A DNA stretch of 64,000 bases from Batkoa obscura (lineage: Eukaryota): contig JASVEC010000010.1 of the NCBI GenBank assembly GCA_030770535.1, positions 248,001-312,000 on the forward strand, given 5' to 3'. Under the pieces are notes generated by a model. It was not told the origin of the DNA and made no database searches. It was given only the letters and a program-made list of their open reading frames with translations. The position numbers and the translations under genes were made by a program. How positions within the stretch are numbered: position 1 is the stretch's first letter; each line of letters starts with the position of its first letter. Below are positions 63,935-64,000 of the stretch, piece after piece.

Positions 63935-64000
63935 TGTGGGGATGTATTTTTGTGATTAATAATTTTATTAATGATTTTTCCACCCAAATAGCACTTAAAA
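63935..64000 (+). mobile_element. MITE family copy, truncated by window end
   Basis: TGGGGATGTATTTTTGTG...TTTTCCACCCAAATAGCACTTAAAA. Confidence 0.8.

Noticed and set aside
1..64000. tRNA/rRNA genes, an intact transposase or a secondary-metabolite cluster
   Set aside because: None recognised by eye; the genes are functionally unrelated. tRNAscan and Rfam were not run.

Overview
Very AT-rich eukaryotic (fungal) nuclear DNA with short GT-AG introns. The Zn2Cys6 factor and chitin synthase point to a fungus, and composition and gene style suggest an early-diverging lineage such as Entomophthoromycotina (inference only). About 23 protein genes are supportable: SLC1-type acyltransferase (partial), EMG1, glucosidase II alpha, Zn2Cys6 TF, SOF1, syntaxin, Uds1-domain protein, PTR transporter, Myb TF, Lys-rich secreted protein, Hv1-like voltage-sensor protein, Ran1/Sks1-like kinase, RCC1, a small Cys-rich secreted peptide, a LEA_2-like membrane protein, CCDC124/Lso2, NADP-IDH, twinfilin, GTP cyclohydrolase I, an SLC17-like transporter, chitin synthase, and two paralogous intronless ~1050-aa proteins with a degenerate vWA-like domain. 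Intergenic DNA holds at least 15 copies of a ~100-bp TA-flanked MITE, an LTR inserted in reverse orientation into an LTR of its own family (4-bp TSD), a further decayed LTR copy with RIP-like CpA/TpG->TpA changes, and decayed ORFs. All alignments were done by eye; no searches were run.
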